Below the pieces are notes generated by a model. That model saw only the letters and a list, made by a program, of their open reading frames with translations. It was not told where the DNA came from and ran no database searches. A DNA stretch of 64,000 nucleotides, taken from an uncultured Acidobacteriota bacterium (GTDB lineage Bacteria; Acidobacteriota; Thermoanaerobaculia; Multivoradales; SZUA-115). The DNA lies in NCBI GenBank assembly GCA_963805975.1, contig CAWDVR010000001.1, positions 128,001 to 192,000 of the forward strand. The letters are read 5' to 3'. Shown piece after piece: positions 1 to 9,645 of the stretch (position 1 is the stretch's first letter; each line of letters starts with the position of its first letter). Both the position numbers and the translations under genes were made by a program.

Positions 1-10
1 GCTCTGGTAG
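1..10 (+). CDS. rpsH: 3' end of 30S ribosomal protein S8 (partial)
   Basis: CTC TGG TAG (..LW*) just upstream of rplF; S8 typically ends in W and precedes rplF in the spc operon. Confidence 0.6.
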
Positions 11-38
11 AGCGGGCCGGTAGAGAAAGGACAAGGCG

Positions 39-581
39 ATGTCGCGGGTAGGCAGAAAACCAATCCCCGTCCCCAGCGGGACGAAGGTCGAGATCAAGGA
101 CGGCGTCTTTCTCGCAGAGGGACCCAAGGGAAAAGTCTCGCAACGGCTTCACGACGGCTTCCCTGTCGAGGTCAAGGACGGCGTGATCGAGGTCAGCCGG
201 CCGGGCGACTCCGGGCCGGAGCGGGCCAAGCACGGGCTGCTGCGCGCGCTCCTCGCCAACGCCGTGGCCGGCGCCACCCAGGGGTGGACGCGGCAGCTCG
301 ACATCGTCGGTGTCGGCTACCGCGCCGAGGTGAAGGGCCAGGAGGTGCACTTCGCGCTCGGCAAGTCGCACCCCGTGATCTTCGCCATTCCGGCCGGGAT
401 CAAGGTCGAGGTCGACGCCAAGACCAACCGGGTGACGGTCTCCGGTGCGGACCGCCAGCAGGTCGGGCAGGTGGCGGCGGAGATCCGTGCGCTGCGCAAG
501 CCGGACCCCTACAAGCAGAAGGGCGTCCGCTACGTCGGCGAGAAGCTGCGCAAGAAGGCCGGCAAGGCTGGCGGAAGGTAG
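39..581 (+). CDS. rplF: 50S ribosomal protein L6
   Basis: MSRVGRKPI start, PDPYKQKGVRY motif, spc operon order. Confidence 0.98.
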   Translation: MSRVGRKPIPVPSGTKVEIKDGVFLAEGPKGKVSQRLHDGFPVEVKDGVIEVSRPGDSGPERAKHGLLRALLANAVAGATQGWTRQLDIVGVGYRAEVKGQEVHFALGKSHPVIFAIPAGIKVEVDAKTNRVTVSGADRQQVGQVAAEIRALRKPDPYKQKGVRYVGEKLRKKAGKAGGR

Positions 582-590
582 AGGCGAACG

Positions 591-983
591 ATGAGCGAGA
601 GCAACGTACACTCGAAGCGCGTCGAGGCCAAGCAGGCCCGCCGGGCGCGCGCCCACCAGCGCCTGCGTCAGCGGGTGCGGGGCACCGCCGCCCGCCCGCG
701 TCTGGCCGTCTTCAAGAGCATCAAGCACGTCTACGTGCAGGTGATCGACGACGAGCGCGGCACGACCCTCGCCCAGGCGTCGACCATCGACGCCGAGGTC
801 AAGGGCAAGCTCAAGGGCCCGGCCGCCAACAAGGAGGCGGCGCGGGTGGTGGGCGAGATGGTCGCCGAGCGGGCCAAGGCCCTCGGTCTCACCAAGGTGG
901 TGTTCGATCGCGGTGGCTACATCTACCACGGCAAGGTGAAGGAAGTCGCCGAAGGCGCCCGCAAGCAGGGCCTGGATTTCTGA
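591..983 (+). CDS. rplR: 50S ribosomal protein L18
   Basis: [34 protein letters not shown]. Confidence 0.98.
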   Translation: MSESNVHSKRVEAKQARRARAHQRLRQRVRGTAARPRLAVFKSIKHVYVQVIDDERGTTLAQASTIDAEVKGKLKGPAANKEAARVVGEMVAERAKALGLTKVVFDRGGYIYHGKVKEVAEGARKQGLDF

Positions 984-996
984 AGGGAGACGAGGC

Positions 997-1524
997 GTGA
1001 GTGCCAGATTCGAAAGCAACCGCGAAGGGCGCGAGAGCGAGTTCTTCGAGCAGGTCGTCCATATCAACCGCGTGACCAAGGTGGTCAAGGGCGGCAAGAA
1101 CTTCTCTTTCTCGGCGCTGGTGGTGATCGGCGACGGCAACGGCAGCGTGGGCTACGGTTCCGGCAAGGCGAAGGAAGTGCCGGTCGCGATCCGCAAGGGC
1201 ATTGAAGCCGCCAAGCGCAACATGATCCAGGTGCCGCTCAACGGCTCGACGGTGCCGCACGAGGCGCTGGGAGTCTACGGCGCCGGGCGCGTGCTGCTGA
1301 AGCCTGCCTCGGCAGGTACCGGCGTGATCGCCGGCGGCCCGGTCCGCGCGGTGGTCGAGACGGCGGGGATCCAGGACATTCTGACCAAGTCGCTCGGCAC
1401 GACGAACCCGCACAACGTGGTCAAGGCGACGTTCGCCGCTCTCCTCCAGTTGCGCAGCGAGGATGCCGTGCGCCGCGAGCGCACCGCCGCGGCCCCCGCA
1501 CCCAAGCAGGCGGCGGCCGTTTAG
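997..1524 (+). CDS. rpsE: 30S ribosomal protein S5
   Basis: [32 protein letters not shown]. Confidence 0.98.
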   Translation: MSARFESNREGRESEFFEQVVHINRVTKVVKGGKNFSFSALVVIGDGNGSVGYGSGKAKEVPVAIRKGIEAAKRNMIQVPLNGSTVPHEALGVYGAGRVLLKPASAGTGVIAGGPVRAVVETAGIQDILTKSLGTTNPHNVVKATFAALLQLRSEDAVRRERTAAAPAPKQAAAV

Positions 1525-1542
1525 CGGCAGGGAAGGTGAGCG

Positions 1543-1767
1543 ATGGCGAAGAAGAGCACGGCCGAGAAGGAAAAAGAAGCAGTGAAGACGATCAGGATCC
1601 GCCAGACCGGGGGACTGCCCGGCTGTCAGCGGCGCCACCGCGAGGTGATACGCGGCCTGGGGCTGCGTCGCATCGGTCACACCGTGGAGCGGCTGGACAC
1701 GCCGGCGATCCGCGGCATGGTCGCCAAGGTCGCCTATCTGGTCGAGATCGTAAAGGACCCGTCATGA
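1543..1767 (+). CDS. rpmD: 50S ribosomal protein L30
   Basis: [30 protein letters not shown]; position between rpsE and rplO. Confidence 0.95.
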   Translation: MAKKSTAEKEKEAVKTIRIRQTGGLPGCQRRHREVIRGLGLRRIGHTVERLDTPAIRGMVAKVAYLVEIVKDPS

Positions 1768-2207
1768 AGCTGAGCGACCTGTCCCCGGCCAAGGGGAGCA
1801 CACAAAAGAAAAAGCGCGTCGGACGCGGCCCGGGCTCCGGCCTCGGCAAGACGGCCGGCCGTGGCCACAAGGGCCAGAAGTCGCGCGCCGGGTACAGCCG
1901 GCAGGCGGGCTTCGAGGGCGGTCAGATGACCCTCATCCGGCGCATCCCGAAGCGCGGCTTCACCAACATTTTCAAGCAGACCTACGCGGTGGTGAACCTC
2001 TCCCGCCTGGCGGAGGTCGAGGAGACGGAGATCACTCCCGACCTTCTGGCCGAGCTCGGCCTGGTGCGTTCCGGCGAGCCGGTGAAGGTGCTGGGCAACG
2101 GTGAGATCAGCAAGGCCCTGAAGGTGTCGGCGCACAAATTCAGTCAATCGGCGCGAACCAAGATCGAAGCTGCCGGCGGCAGCTGCGAGGAGCTGGCGAG
2201 GAGCTGA
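1764..2207 (+). CDS. rplO: 50S ribosomal protein L15
   Basis: [37 protein letters not shown]; ATGA overlap with rpmD stop (true start is internal to listed ORF 1536..2207). Confidence 0.97.
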   Translation: MKLSDLSPAKGSTQKKKRVGRGPGSGLGKTAGRGHKGQKSRAGYSRQAGFEGGQMTLIRRIPKRGFTNIFKQTYAVVNLSRLAEVEETEITPDLLAELGLVRSGEPVKVLGNGEISKALKVSAHKFSQSARTKIEAAGGSCEELARS

Positions 2208-2211
2208 GGTC

Positions 2212-3600
2212 GTGATCGATAGTTTCCGCAATATCTTTGCCATTCCCGAGCTGCGCAAGCGGCTGATGTTCACGTTCGGGCTCTTGGCCGTGTACCGGCT
2301 GGGGTGTCATATCCCGGTGCCGGGTGTCGACCCCAAGGCGCTGCTCGAGTTCATGACCGCCAGCTCGGGAACCCTGCTCGGCTTCGTGAACACCTTCACG
2401 GGAGGAAGCCTGCAGCGGGTGGCGATCTTCGGGCTGGGGATCATGCCGTACATCACGGCGTCGATCATCCTTCAGCTCCTGACCGTGGTCTGGCCCTTCC
2501 TCGAGAAGCTGTCGAAGGAAGGCGAGATGGGGCGGCGCAAGATCACCCAGTACACCCGCTACGGCACCGTGCTGATCGCGATGGTGCAGTCGGCAAGTTT
2601 CGCGGCTTTCCTGCAGAAGACCCCAGCACCTGGCGGCGCGCCCCTGGTGCCGGATCCCGGCATCGGCTTCGTGCTGATGACCATGCTCACCTTGACCACC
2701 GGCTGCGCCTTCGTGATGTGGCTGGGCGAGCAGATCTCCGAGCGCGGCATCGGCAACGGCATCTCGCTGATCATCTTCGCCGGCATCGTCGTCGGCTTGG
2801 TGCCGGCGGCGGCCGACACCATCGTCAAGGTGCAGAACCAGCAGCTGAACGCCATCGCCATCGTCATCCTGGTGGCGGTCATGCTGGCGGTGACGGCGGC
2901 GATCGTCTTCATGGAGCGGGCCCAGCGCCGAATCCCGGTGCAGTACGCCAAGCGGGTGGTCGGGCGCCGCATGTACGGCGGCCAGTCGACCTACCTGCCG
3001 CTGCGCGTCAACACCGCGGGCGTCATCCCGGTGATCTTCGCGAGCTCGCTCCTGATGCTGCCCGTGACCCTGGCGCAGATGGCCCCGGCAGAGTGGATCG
3101 GCGTGCACACCGTGGCCGACTATCTGGGCTACGGCAAGCCGTTCCACTACCTGCTGTACGTGGTCGGGATCATCTTCTTTGCGTACTTCTACGTCTCGAT
3201 CATCTTCAACCCGGCGGACCTCGCGGAGAACATGCGGAAGTACGGCGGGTTCATCCCCGGCATCCGTCCGGGCAAGCGCACCGCCGAGCACATCGACCGC
3301 ATCTTGTCGCGCATCACCTTCGTGGGCGCGCTGTATCTGTCGGCCGTGTCGGTGCTGCCGGACTTCCTGCTCAACGGCTTCGACGTGGCCTACATCCCGT
3401 GGCTCGGGCCGGGTTTGGCGAGCGTGACGCCGGACTGGGTGCGATCGGGGATGGGGATCAACTTCTACTTCGGCGGCACCTCGCTCCTGATCGTGGTCGG
3501 TGTCGCCATGGACTTCATTCAGCAGGTCGAGAGCCAGCTCGTGATGCGCAACTACGAAGGCTTCATGAAGCGTGGCCGCATCAAGGGGCGGCGGGGTTAG
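2212..3600 (+). CDS. secY: Preprotein translocase subunit SecY
   Basis: LGIMPYITASII, GIGNGISLIIFAGIV, GGTSLLIVVGV. Confidence 0.99.
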   Translation: MIDSFRNIFAIPELRKRLMFTFGLLAVYRLGCHIPVPGVDPKALLEFMTASSGTLLGFVNTFTGGSLQRVAIFGLGIMPYITASIILQLLTVVWPFLEKLSKEGEMGRRKITQYTRYGTVLIAMVQSASFAAFLQKTPAPGGAPLVPDPGIGFVLMTMLTLTTGCAFVMWLGEQISERGIGNGISLIIFAGIVVGLVPAAADTIVKVQNQQLNAIAIVILVAVMLAVTAAIVFMERAQRRIPVQYAKRVVGRRMYGGQSTYLPLRVNTAGVIPVIFASSLLMLPVTLAQMAPAEWIGVHTVADYLGYGKPFHYLLYVVGIIFFAYFYVSIIFNPADLAENMRKYGGFIPGIRPGKRTAEHIDRILSRITFVGALYLSAVSVLPDFLLNGFDVAYIPWLGPGLASVTPDWVRSGMGINFYFGGTSLLIVVGVAMDFIQQVESQLVMRNYEGFMKRGRIKGRRG

Positions 3601-3606
3601 CAGCCG

Positions 3607-4161
3607 GTGAAGAGAGTGGTCCTGCTGGGCCCTCCGGGGTCCGGCAAGGGAACGCAGGCGGAGCGGCTGGCACGGGAGCTGGGAGTGCCCGCCATCTCGA
3701 CCGGCGAGATGTTGCGCGGTGCGGCGGCGGCCGGGACGCCGCTCGGCAAGCGGGTAGAAGGGATCATGCTCCAGGGCCACCTGGTCGACGACCAGACCAT
3801 GGCCGACGTGGTGCGCGAGCGGCTGGAACAGGACGACGCGCGGCAAGGGTTTCTGCTCGACGGCTATCCGCGGACGATGCCGCAGGCCGAGACGCTGGAG
3901 GCGATTCTCGGCGCTCAAGGCACCCGGCTCGAGGCGGTGGTGCTGATCGAGGTTCCGGAGCCGGTGCTGGTCGAGCGAGCGCTGTCGCGCCGCCGTCCGG
4001 ATGACACGGACGAGGTGATCCGGGAGCGGCTCTCGGTGTATGGGAAGGATACGGAGCCGGTGGCGGGTTATTACCGGGGCCGGGGCCTCCTGCAGGCGGT
4101 CGACGGCGACCAGCCTATTGATCTGGTGACGGCGGCCCTGTTGACCGCCCTAGGAAAGTGA
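3607..4161 (+). CDS. adk: Adenylate kinase (short form, no large LID)
   Basis: GPPGSGKGTQA P-loop, GFLLDGYPRT. Confidence 0.97.
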   Translation: MKRVVLLGPPGSGKGTQAERLARELGVPAISTGEMLRGAAAAGTPLGKRVEGIMLQGHLVDDQTMADVVRERLEQDDARQGFLLDGYPRTMPQAETLEAILGAQGTRLEAVVLIEVPEPVLVERALSRRRPDDTDEVIRERLSVYGKDTEPVAGYYRGRGLLQAVDGDQPIDLVTAALLTALGK

Positions 4162-4192
4162 CGCGGGACGAGAACGCGAGGAAACGGACGCT

Positions 4193-4996
4193 GTGGTAGT
4201 GCTGAAAACGCCGGGAGAGCTTTCGCTGATGGACGATGCCAACCGCATCGTTCACGAAGTGCTGGCCGGGATTGCCGAGCGCATCCTGCCGGGCTCCACC
4301 ACGGCCGAGCTCAATGAATGGGCGGAGCGCCACATCCGCAGCCGCGGCGGCGTGCCGGCGTTTCTCAATTACCGGGGATTCCCGGCGACGCTCTGCACCG
4401 CGGTCAACGACGTGATCGTCCACGGCATCCCGGACTCGACGCCGCTTCGTGACGGCGACATCGTCGGCATTGATTGCGGCGTGTCGTACAAGGGATACTA
4501 TGGGGACGCCGCCTGGACCTTCACCGTGGGCCACCCACGGCCGGAGGCCTTGCGGCTGCTCGCGGTGACCCGCAAAGCCCTGGACATCGGGGTCAGCCAG
4601 GCCAGGCCGGGCGGACGCCTGGGGGACATCGGTTCCGCCGTCCAGAACTACGTCGAGTCGCACGGCTACTCCGTGGTGCGCGACTTCGTGGGCCACGGCA
4701 TCGGTACCTCGTTGCACGAGGACCCGCAGGTGCCCAACTACGGCGATGCCGGCAAGGGCACGAAGCTCAAGCCCGGCATGGTGCTCGCCATCGAGCCGAT
4801 GGTCAACGCCGGCGGCTCCGAGGTCAGCGTCGACGCCGACGGTTGGACGGCCCGCACCGAGGACGGCGCCCTGTCGGCGCACTTCGAGTACTCGGTGGCA
4901 GTGACGGCCAACGGGCCGCGGGTGCTGGGCACCACGCCCGGCACCATGGCGCACGAGCTGGGCCTCGAGATGTACCTGCGAGCGGGCGCCGCGTAG
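4193..4996 (+). CDS. map: Type I methionyl aminopeptidase
   Basis: VHGIP, GHGIG..LHEDP, AIEPM, SAHFE. Confidence 0.97.
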   Translation: MVVLKTPGELSLMDDANRIVHEVLAGIAERILPGSTTAELNEWAERHIRSRGGVPAFLNYRGFPATLCTAVNDVIVHGIPDSTPLRDGDIVGIDCGVSYKGYYGDAAWTFTVGHPRPEALRLLAVTRKALDIGVSQARPGGRLGDIGSAVQNYVESHGYSVVRDFVGHGIGTSLHEDPQVPNYGDAGKGTKLKPGMVLAIEPMVNAGGSEVSVDADGWTARTEDGALSAHFEYSVAVTANGPRVLGTTPGTMAHELGLEMYLRAGAA

Positions 4997-5029
4997 GCGT
5001 CCGCAGGCGTCTGGAAAGGAATTTGGAGC

Positions 5030-5248
5030 TTGGCCAAAGAAGAGGCAATCGAAGTCGAGGCAACCGTGGTCGAGCCGCTGCCCAATGCCATGTTCCGGGT
5101 GCAGCTCGAAAACGGGCACCAGGTGCTGGCCCACATTTCCGGCAAGATGCGCAAGCACTTCATTCGCATCCTGCCGGGCGACAAGGTACGGGTGGAGCTG
5201 TCGCCGTACGACCTCAACCGTGGCCGCATCGTCTATCGGCTGAAGTAG
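5030..5248 (+). CDS. infA: Translation initiation factor IF-1
   Basis: [26 protein letters not shown]; TTG start. Confidence 0.98.
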   Translation: MAKEEAIEVEATVVEPLPNAMFRVQLENGHQVLAHISGKMRKHFIRILPGDKVRVELSPYDLNRGRIVYRLK

Positions 5249-5272
5249 CTTTTCGTCCTGGAGCGCGAGATC

Positions 5273-5386
5273 ATGAAGGTTCGAACCTCGGTCAAACGGA
5301 TGTGCGCGAAGTGCAAGATCGTGCGCCGCAAGGGCGTGATCCGGGTGCTCTGCGAAAACCCCAAACACAAGCAGCGGCAGGGGTAG
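5273..5386 (+). CDS. rpmJ: 50S ribosomal protein L36 (Zn-ribbon form)
   Basis: Read by hand (below ORF cutoff): [37 protein letters not shown]. Confidence 0.97.
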   Translation: MKVRTSVKRMCAKCKIVRRKGVIRVLCENPKHKQRQG

Positions 5387-5396
5387 GGGTAAAACA

Positions 5397-5780
5397 ATGG
5401 CACGTATCGCGGGGGTAGACCTGCCCCAGAACAAACAGGTCGCAATCGGCTTGACCTACATCTTCGGAATCGGCCGCTCGCGGTCGAAGAAGATCCTCGA
5501 CAAGGCGGCGGTTCCGCTGACCACCAAGGTCAGGGAGCTGACCGAGGACGAGGCACGGCGCATCCGCCAGGTGATCCAGGAGGAAGGCCGCGTGGAGGGC
5601 GACCTGCGCAAGGAGGTCAGCCAGAGCATCAAGCGGCTGATGGAGATCGGCGCCTACCGCGGCGTCCGGCACCGCAAGTCGCTGCCGGTCCGCGGCCAGC
5701 GCACCTCCACCAACGCACGCACCCGCAAGGGCCCGCGCCGGGCGACGATCGCCGGCAAGAAGAAGGCCACCAAGAAGTAG
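5397..5780 (+). CDS. rpsM: 30S ribosomal protein S13
   Basis: [27 protein letters not shown]. Confidence 0.98.
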   Translation: MARIAGVDLPQNKQVAIGLTYIFGIGRSRSKKILDKAAVPLTTKVRELTEDEARRIRQVIQEEGRVEGDLRKEVSQSIKRLMEIGAYRGVRHRKSLPVRGQRTSTNARTRKGPRRATIAGKKKATKK

Positions 5781-5808
5781 GCATCAGGAAGGCGAGCAGG
5801 GAGACGAC

Positions 5809-6213
5809 ATGGCGAAAGCTGCCCCCAGCAAGACCAAGAAGGCCGGCAAGAAGAAAGAAAAGCGGATCGTTCCGCACGCCGTGGCCCACATCAAGGCGAC
5901 CTTCAACAACACCCAGGTCGCGATCGCGGACCCGGAGGGGAATCTTCTCTCCTGGTCGTCGGCCGGCCGCATCGGCTTCAAAGGTTCGCGCAAAGGCACT
6001 CCGTTCGCGGCCCAGGTCGCGGCACAGAACGCCGGCGGCGCGGCCAAGGACATGGGTGTGCGCACCGTGGACGTAATGGTCAAGGGCCCTGGTGCCGGCC
6101 GCGAGTCGGCGGTGCGGGCGCTCCAGGCCGCGGGGCTCGAGGTCAAGTCGATCAAAGACGTGACGCCCATTCCCCACAACGGCTGCCGGCCGCGCAAGCG
6201 GCGGCGCGTTTAG
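5809..6213 (+). CDS. rpsK: 30S ribosomal protein S11
   Basis: [31 protein letters not shown]. Confidence 0.98.
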   Translation: MAKAAPSKTKKAGKKKEKRIVPHAVAHIKATFNNTQVAIADPEGNLLSWSSAGRIGFKGSRKGTPFAAQVAAQNAGGAAKDMGVRTVDVMVKGPGAGRESAVRALQAAGLEVKSIKDVTPIPHNGCRPRKRRRV

Positions 6214-6270
6214 CAGCTCGCGCCCTCGGCTCGGGGACGCTTCTCGTGATTGAGTTGAAGGAGATCTAAA

Positions 6271-6900
6271 GTGGCACGATATTCAGGATCCGTTTGCCGT
6301 CTCTGCCGCCGCGAGCGGATGAAGCTCTTCTTGAAGGGCGACCGCTGCTTCAAGGAGAAATGCTCCGTCGAGCGCCGCGCCTATCCACCGGGCCAGCACG
6401 GCAACCGCCGCGGCCGCCGTATCATCGGCTACGGTCTGCAACTGCGCGAGAAACAGAAGGTGAAGCGCATCTACGGCCTGCTCGAGACCCAGTTCCGCAA
6501 CTATTTCAAGGAGGCCGACCGCCGCAAGGGCATCACCGGCGAGAACCTCCTGGCGATGCTCGAGCGCCGGCTGGACAACGTGGTCTACAGCCTGGGTTTC
6601 GCCTCTTCGCGGGCCCAGGCGCGGCAGCTCGTGCGCCACGGGCACGTGCAGGTCAACGGCCAGAAGGTCTCGGTGCCCTCCTACCAGGTGCGCGCCGAGC
6701 AAGTGGTGGCGATCAAAGAGGCGAGCCGCAAGAACGAGTTCATCCGCGCCAGCGTCGAGACGGCGCGCGGTCGCGGCGTTCCCGACTGGCTCGAGCTGGA
6801 CGCCGAGAGCTTCAAAGGACGGGTGCTGCGGCAGCCGGCCCGGGAGGACATCAAGCTCCCCATCCAGGAGCAGCTCATCGTCGAGCTCTACAGCCGGTAA
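6271..6900 (+). CDS. rpsD: 30S ribosomal protein S4
   Basis: [24 protein letters not shown]. Confidence 0.98.
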   Translation: MARYSGSVCRLCRRERMKLFLKGDRCFKEKCSVERRAYPPGQHGNRRGRRIIGYGLQLREKQKVKRIYGLLETQFRNYFKEADRRKGITGENLLAMLERRLDNVVYSLGFASSRAQARQLVRHGHVQVNGQKVSVPSYQVRAEQVVAIKEASRKNEFIRASVETARGRGVPDWLELDAESFKGRVLRQPAREDIKLPIQEQLIVELYSR

Positions 6901-6936
6901 GACGGGTCGGGACCGACCCGGAAAAGGAGTCTCTAC

Positions 6937-7917
6937 ATGCAGTGGAAAGGTTTTCAGCGCCCCAAGCGCTTGGAAGTTGATAGCGCGTCCCTGACGCCCA
7001 CCTACGGCAAGTTCATCGCCCAGCCGTTCGAGCGCGGCTTCGCCACCACCATCGGCAACGCCCTGCGGCGCTGCCTGCTGTCCTCGATCGAGGGAGCGGC
7101 GATCACCGGCGTCTACATCGACGGCGTGCTGCACGAGTTCTCGTCGCTGCCGGGGGTGGTCGAGGACGTGACCGACATCATCCTCAACCTGAAGCAGGTG
7201 CCCATCCGCCTGCACAGCGAGGAGCCGAAAGTGCTGTCCATCGACGTCCCCGGGCCGGGTGCCGTCTCGGCCGGCCAGATCTCCGAGGACCCCTCGGTCG
7301 AGATCGTCGACCCGGACGTCCACATCGCCACCCTGGGCGACGATGTGCGGCTCAAGATGCAGGTCCAGGTGCAGAAGGGGCGGGGCTACGTCTCCGCCGA
7401 CCGCAACTTCGACGAGGCCCTGGGCATCGGCTGGATCCCGGTCGACTCGGCTCACAGCCCGGTGCGGCGGGTGAACTACCGCGTCGAGGCGGCCCGTCTC
7501 GGCCAAACCACCGACTACGAGCGCCTGATCCTCGAGGTGTGGACCAACGGCACCATCGCGCCGGAGACGGCCGTCTCGCTGGCCTCGATGCTGCTCAAGG
7601 ACCATCTCACGATCTTCATCACCGCCGAGGAGTCGATTCGAGACGACGGCGCGGACGGCCGTGGCGACGAGCTCGCCGGCATGGACGCCCTGCTCTCGCG
7701 CCGCATCGAGGAGCTGGACCTCTCGGTGCGCTCGGCCAACTGTCTCAAGAACGCCAACATCCACACGCTGCGCGACCTGGTCCGCAGGTCCGAGAAGGAC
7801 ATGCTGGAGACCAAGAACTTCGGCAGGAAGTCGCTCGAAGAGCTGCAGGATCTGTTGGCTCGCCTCGGCCTGGAGTTCGGTATGAACGTGCCGGACCGCC
7901 CGTCCGCCGACGCCTAA
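6937..7917 (+). CDS. rpoA: RNA polymerase alpha subunit
   Basis: [33 protein letters not shown]. Confidence 0.99.
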   Translation: MQWKGFQRPKRLEVDSASLTPTYGKFIAQPFERGFATTIGNALRRCLLSSIEGAAITGVYIDGVLHEFSSLPGVVEDVTDIILNLKQVPIRLHSEEPKVLSIDVPGPGAVSAGQISEDPSVEIVDPDVHIATLGDDVRLKMQVQVQKGRGYVSADRNFDEALGIGWIPVDSAHSPVRRVNYRVEAARLGQTTDYERLILEVWTNGTIAPETAVSLASMLLKDHLTIFITAEESIRDDGADGRGDELAGMDALLSRRIEELDLSVRSANCLKNANIHTLRDLVRRSEKDMLETKNFGRKSLEELQDLLARLGLEFGMNVPDRPSADA

Positions 7918-7936
7918 GTAGAGCGGGAGAGACGCT

Positions 7937-8335
7937 ATGCGCCACAATCGCAAAGGAAGGAAGCTCGGGCGGACGACCTCGCACCGCCTGGCACTGTTCC
8001 GCAACCAGCTCGCTTCCCTGGTGGAGCATCAGCGGATCACCACCACGCTGCCCAAGGCCAAGGAGCTGCGGCCGATCGCCGAGCGCCTCATCACCCAGGG
8101 CAAGCGGGGTACGGTCGAAGCACGGCGCCGGGTGGGGCGTTGGATCCCGAACCGCGACCTGATCAAGAAGCTCTTCGGCGAGATCGCGCCGCGCTTCACG
8201 GAGCGGCCGGGGGGCTACCTGCGGATCACCAAGATGGGGCCGCGCTCGGGCGACGGTGCTGAGATGGCGGTGCTCGAGTTCGTGGACTACGAGCTGAAGC
8301 CGAAGGCGGCCGAGGAGAAGAAGGAAAAGAAGTAA
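7937..8335 (+). CDS. rplQ: 50S ribosomal protein L17
   Basis: MRHNRKGRKLGR, ITTTLPKAKE, RPGGYLRI. Confidence 0.98.
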   Translation: MRHNRKGRKLGRTTSHRLALFRNQLASLVEHQRITTTLPKAKELRPIAERLITQGKRGTVEARRRVGRWIPNRDLIKKLFGEIAPRFTERPGGYLRITKMGPRSGDGAEMAVLEFVDYELKPKAAEEKKEKK

Positions 8336-8355
8336 GGGCGCACGGCCGTGCGCCC
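8336..8355. repeat. REP-like 20-bp perfect palindrome GGGCGCACGGCCGTGCGCCC (family C, copy 1)
   Basis: Identical copy at 59277-59296; both lie between convergent genes. Confidence 0.8.
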
Positions 8356-8368
8356 TCGTCTCACCGCT

Positions 8369-8830
8369 CTACCTCTTCCTGAACTCGTCGAGCCTCACCA
8401 CATCGCCCGGCTGGCGCTGCGGCTTGGCCTCGGCTGCCGCGGGCGCCTCGACGGCGCTCTCGGTCCGGGCGCTCGCCGACGGCTTGGGATCGAGGGGTAG
8501 CAGGAACCCCGCGCCGGGATCGGCGAAGGTCTCGATCGCATGGTAGGGAATGGTCAGGCGATGGCGTGCGCCGCTGAAGGCCAGGGTCACCGCGAACTCC
8601 TGCTCGCCGGCCTCGAGATGCCAGTACTGGTGCTGGATGACGATGGTCATCGTCTCCGGATAGAGGTCTTTGAGCAGCGGCGTGATCTCGACCCCCGGCG
8701 CATCGGTGCGAAACTTGACGAGGAAGTGATGCTCGTCCGCCAACCCCTGCTCCTCGGCTTGGCGCATCGCGGCACGGACCACGCCCCGCATCGCCTCCTC
8801 GACCATGCGCCGGTAATCGAAGTACGGCAT
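8369..8830 (-). CDS. sspB: ClpXP specificity-enhancing factor SspB (alphaproteobacterial-like family)
   Basis: HHF.V.FRTDAPGV, YPETMTIVIQHQYW, F.DP..GF, C-terminal VVRLDEFRKR. Confidence 0.85.
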   Translation of the reverse strand: MPYFDYRRMVEEAMRGVVRAAMRQAEEQGLADEHHFLVKFRTDAPGVEITPLLKDLYPETMTIVIQHQYWHLEAGEQEFAVTLAFSGARHRLTIPYHAIETFADPGAGFLLPLDPKPSASARTESAVEAPAAAEAKPQRQPGDVVRLDEFRKR

Positions 8831-8919
8831 GATTGGCGATATTCGCAGCTCACGACAGCAAAAGCCACAATTACATCCGCATTTCCGCCTGGCTTGAACC
8901 ATCTATTCCGGTCCACGCG

Positions 8920-9633
8920 ATGAAGCTTCTCGAGATTGCGGACGGCCTGAGCCGCAAGCTGGCGCGCCTGCGCTTCGAGCCGCCCGTGACCCATGTCTAC
9001 AACCCCCTGACCTATGCCCGCGAGCCATATGCCCGCTATCTGACCCGCTACGGCCGAGGCCGTAAGGAAGTGGTTTTCCTGGGGATGAACCCGGGGCCCT
9101 TCGGCATGGCGCAGACCGGCGTCCCGTTCGGCGAGGTGGGTTTCGTGCGGGACTGGCTCGGCCTCGAAGCCCCGGTGGGCAGGCCCCGACGCGGGCATCC
9201 CAAGCGCCCGGTCCTGGGCTTCGACTGCCCGAAGAGCGAGGTCTCGGGCTCGCGGCTCTGGGGTTGGGCCGCAAACCGTTTCGGCACGCCGGAGCGCTTC
9301 TTCGCCCGCTTCTTCGTGCTCAACTACTGCCCGCTTCTTTTCCTCGAGGCGAGTGGCGCCAACTTCACGCCCGACAAGCTGCCCGCGAGTGAGCGTTTGC
9401 CGCTCGAGAAGGCCTGCGACCAGGCTCTGCGCCGTTCGATCGAGGTTCTGGCGCCGCACTGGGTGGTGGGCGTCGGCAAGTTCGCCGAAACCCGGGCCCG
9501 GATCGCCCTCGCGGGGTTGGACGTGGAGATCGGCCAGATCCTTCACCCCAGCCCGGCCAGCCCGGCCGCCAACCACGGCTGGGCCGAGAAGGCAGAGAAG
9601 CAGCTCGCGGAGCTGGGGATCGAGCTCGGTTAG
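8920..9633 (+). CDS. SMUG1-family uracil-DNA glycosylase
   Basis: YNPL.YA, GMNPGPFGMAQTGVPFG, SEVSG.RLW, LHPSPASP motifs. Confidence 0.92.
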   Translation: MKLLEIADGLSRKLARLRFEPPVTHVYNPLTYAREPYARYLTRYGRGRKEVVFLGMNPGPFGMAQTGVPFGEVGFVRDWLGLEAPVGRPRRGHPKRPVLGFDCPKSEVSGSRLWGWAANRFGTPERFFARFFVLNYCPLLFLEASGANFTPDKLPASERLPLEKACDQALRRSIEVLAPHWVVGVGKFAETRARIALAGLDVEIGQILHPSPASPAANHGWAEKAEKQLAELGIELG

Positions 9634-9645
9634 GCGGCCGAGCCC

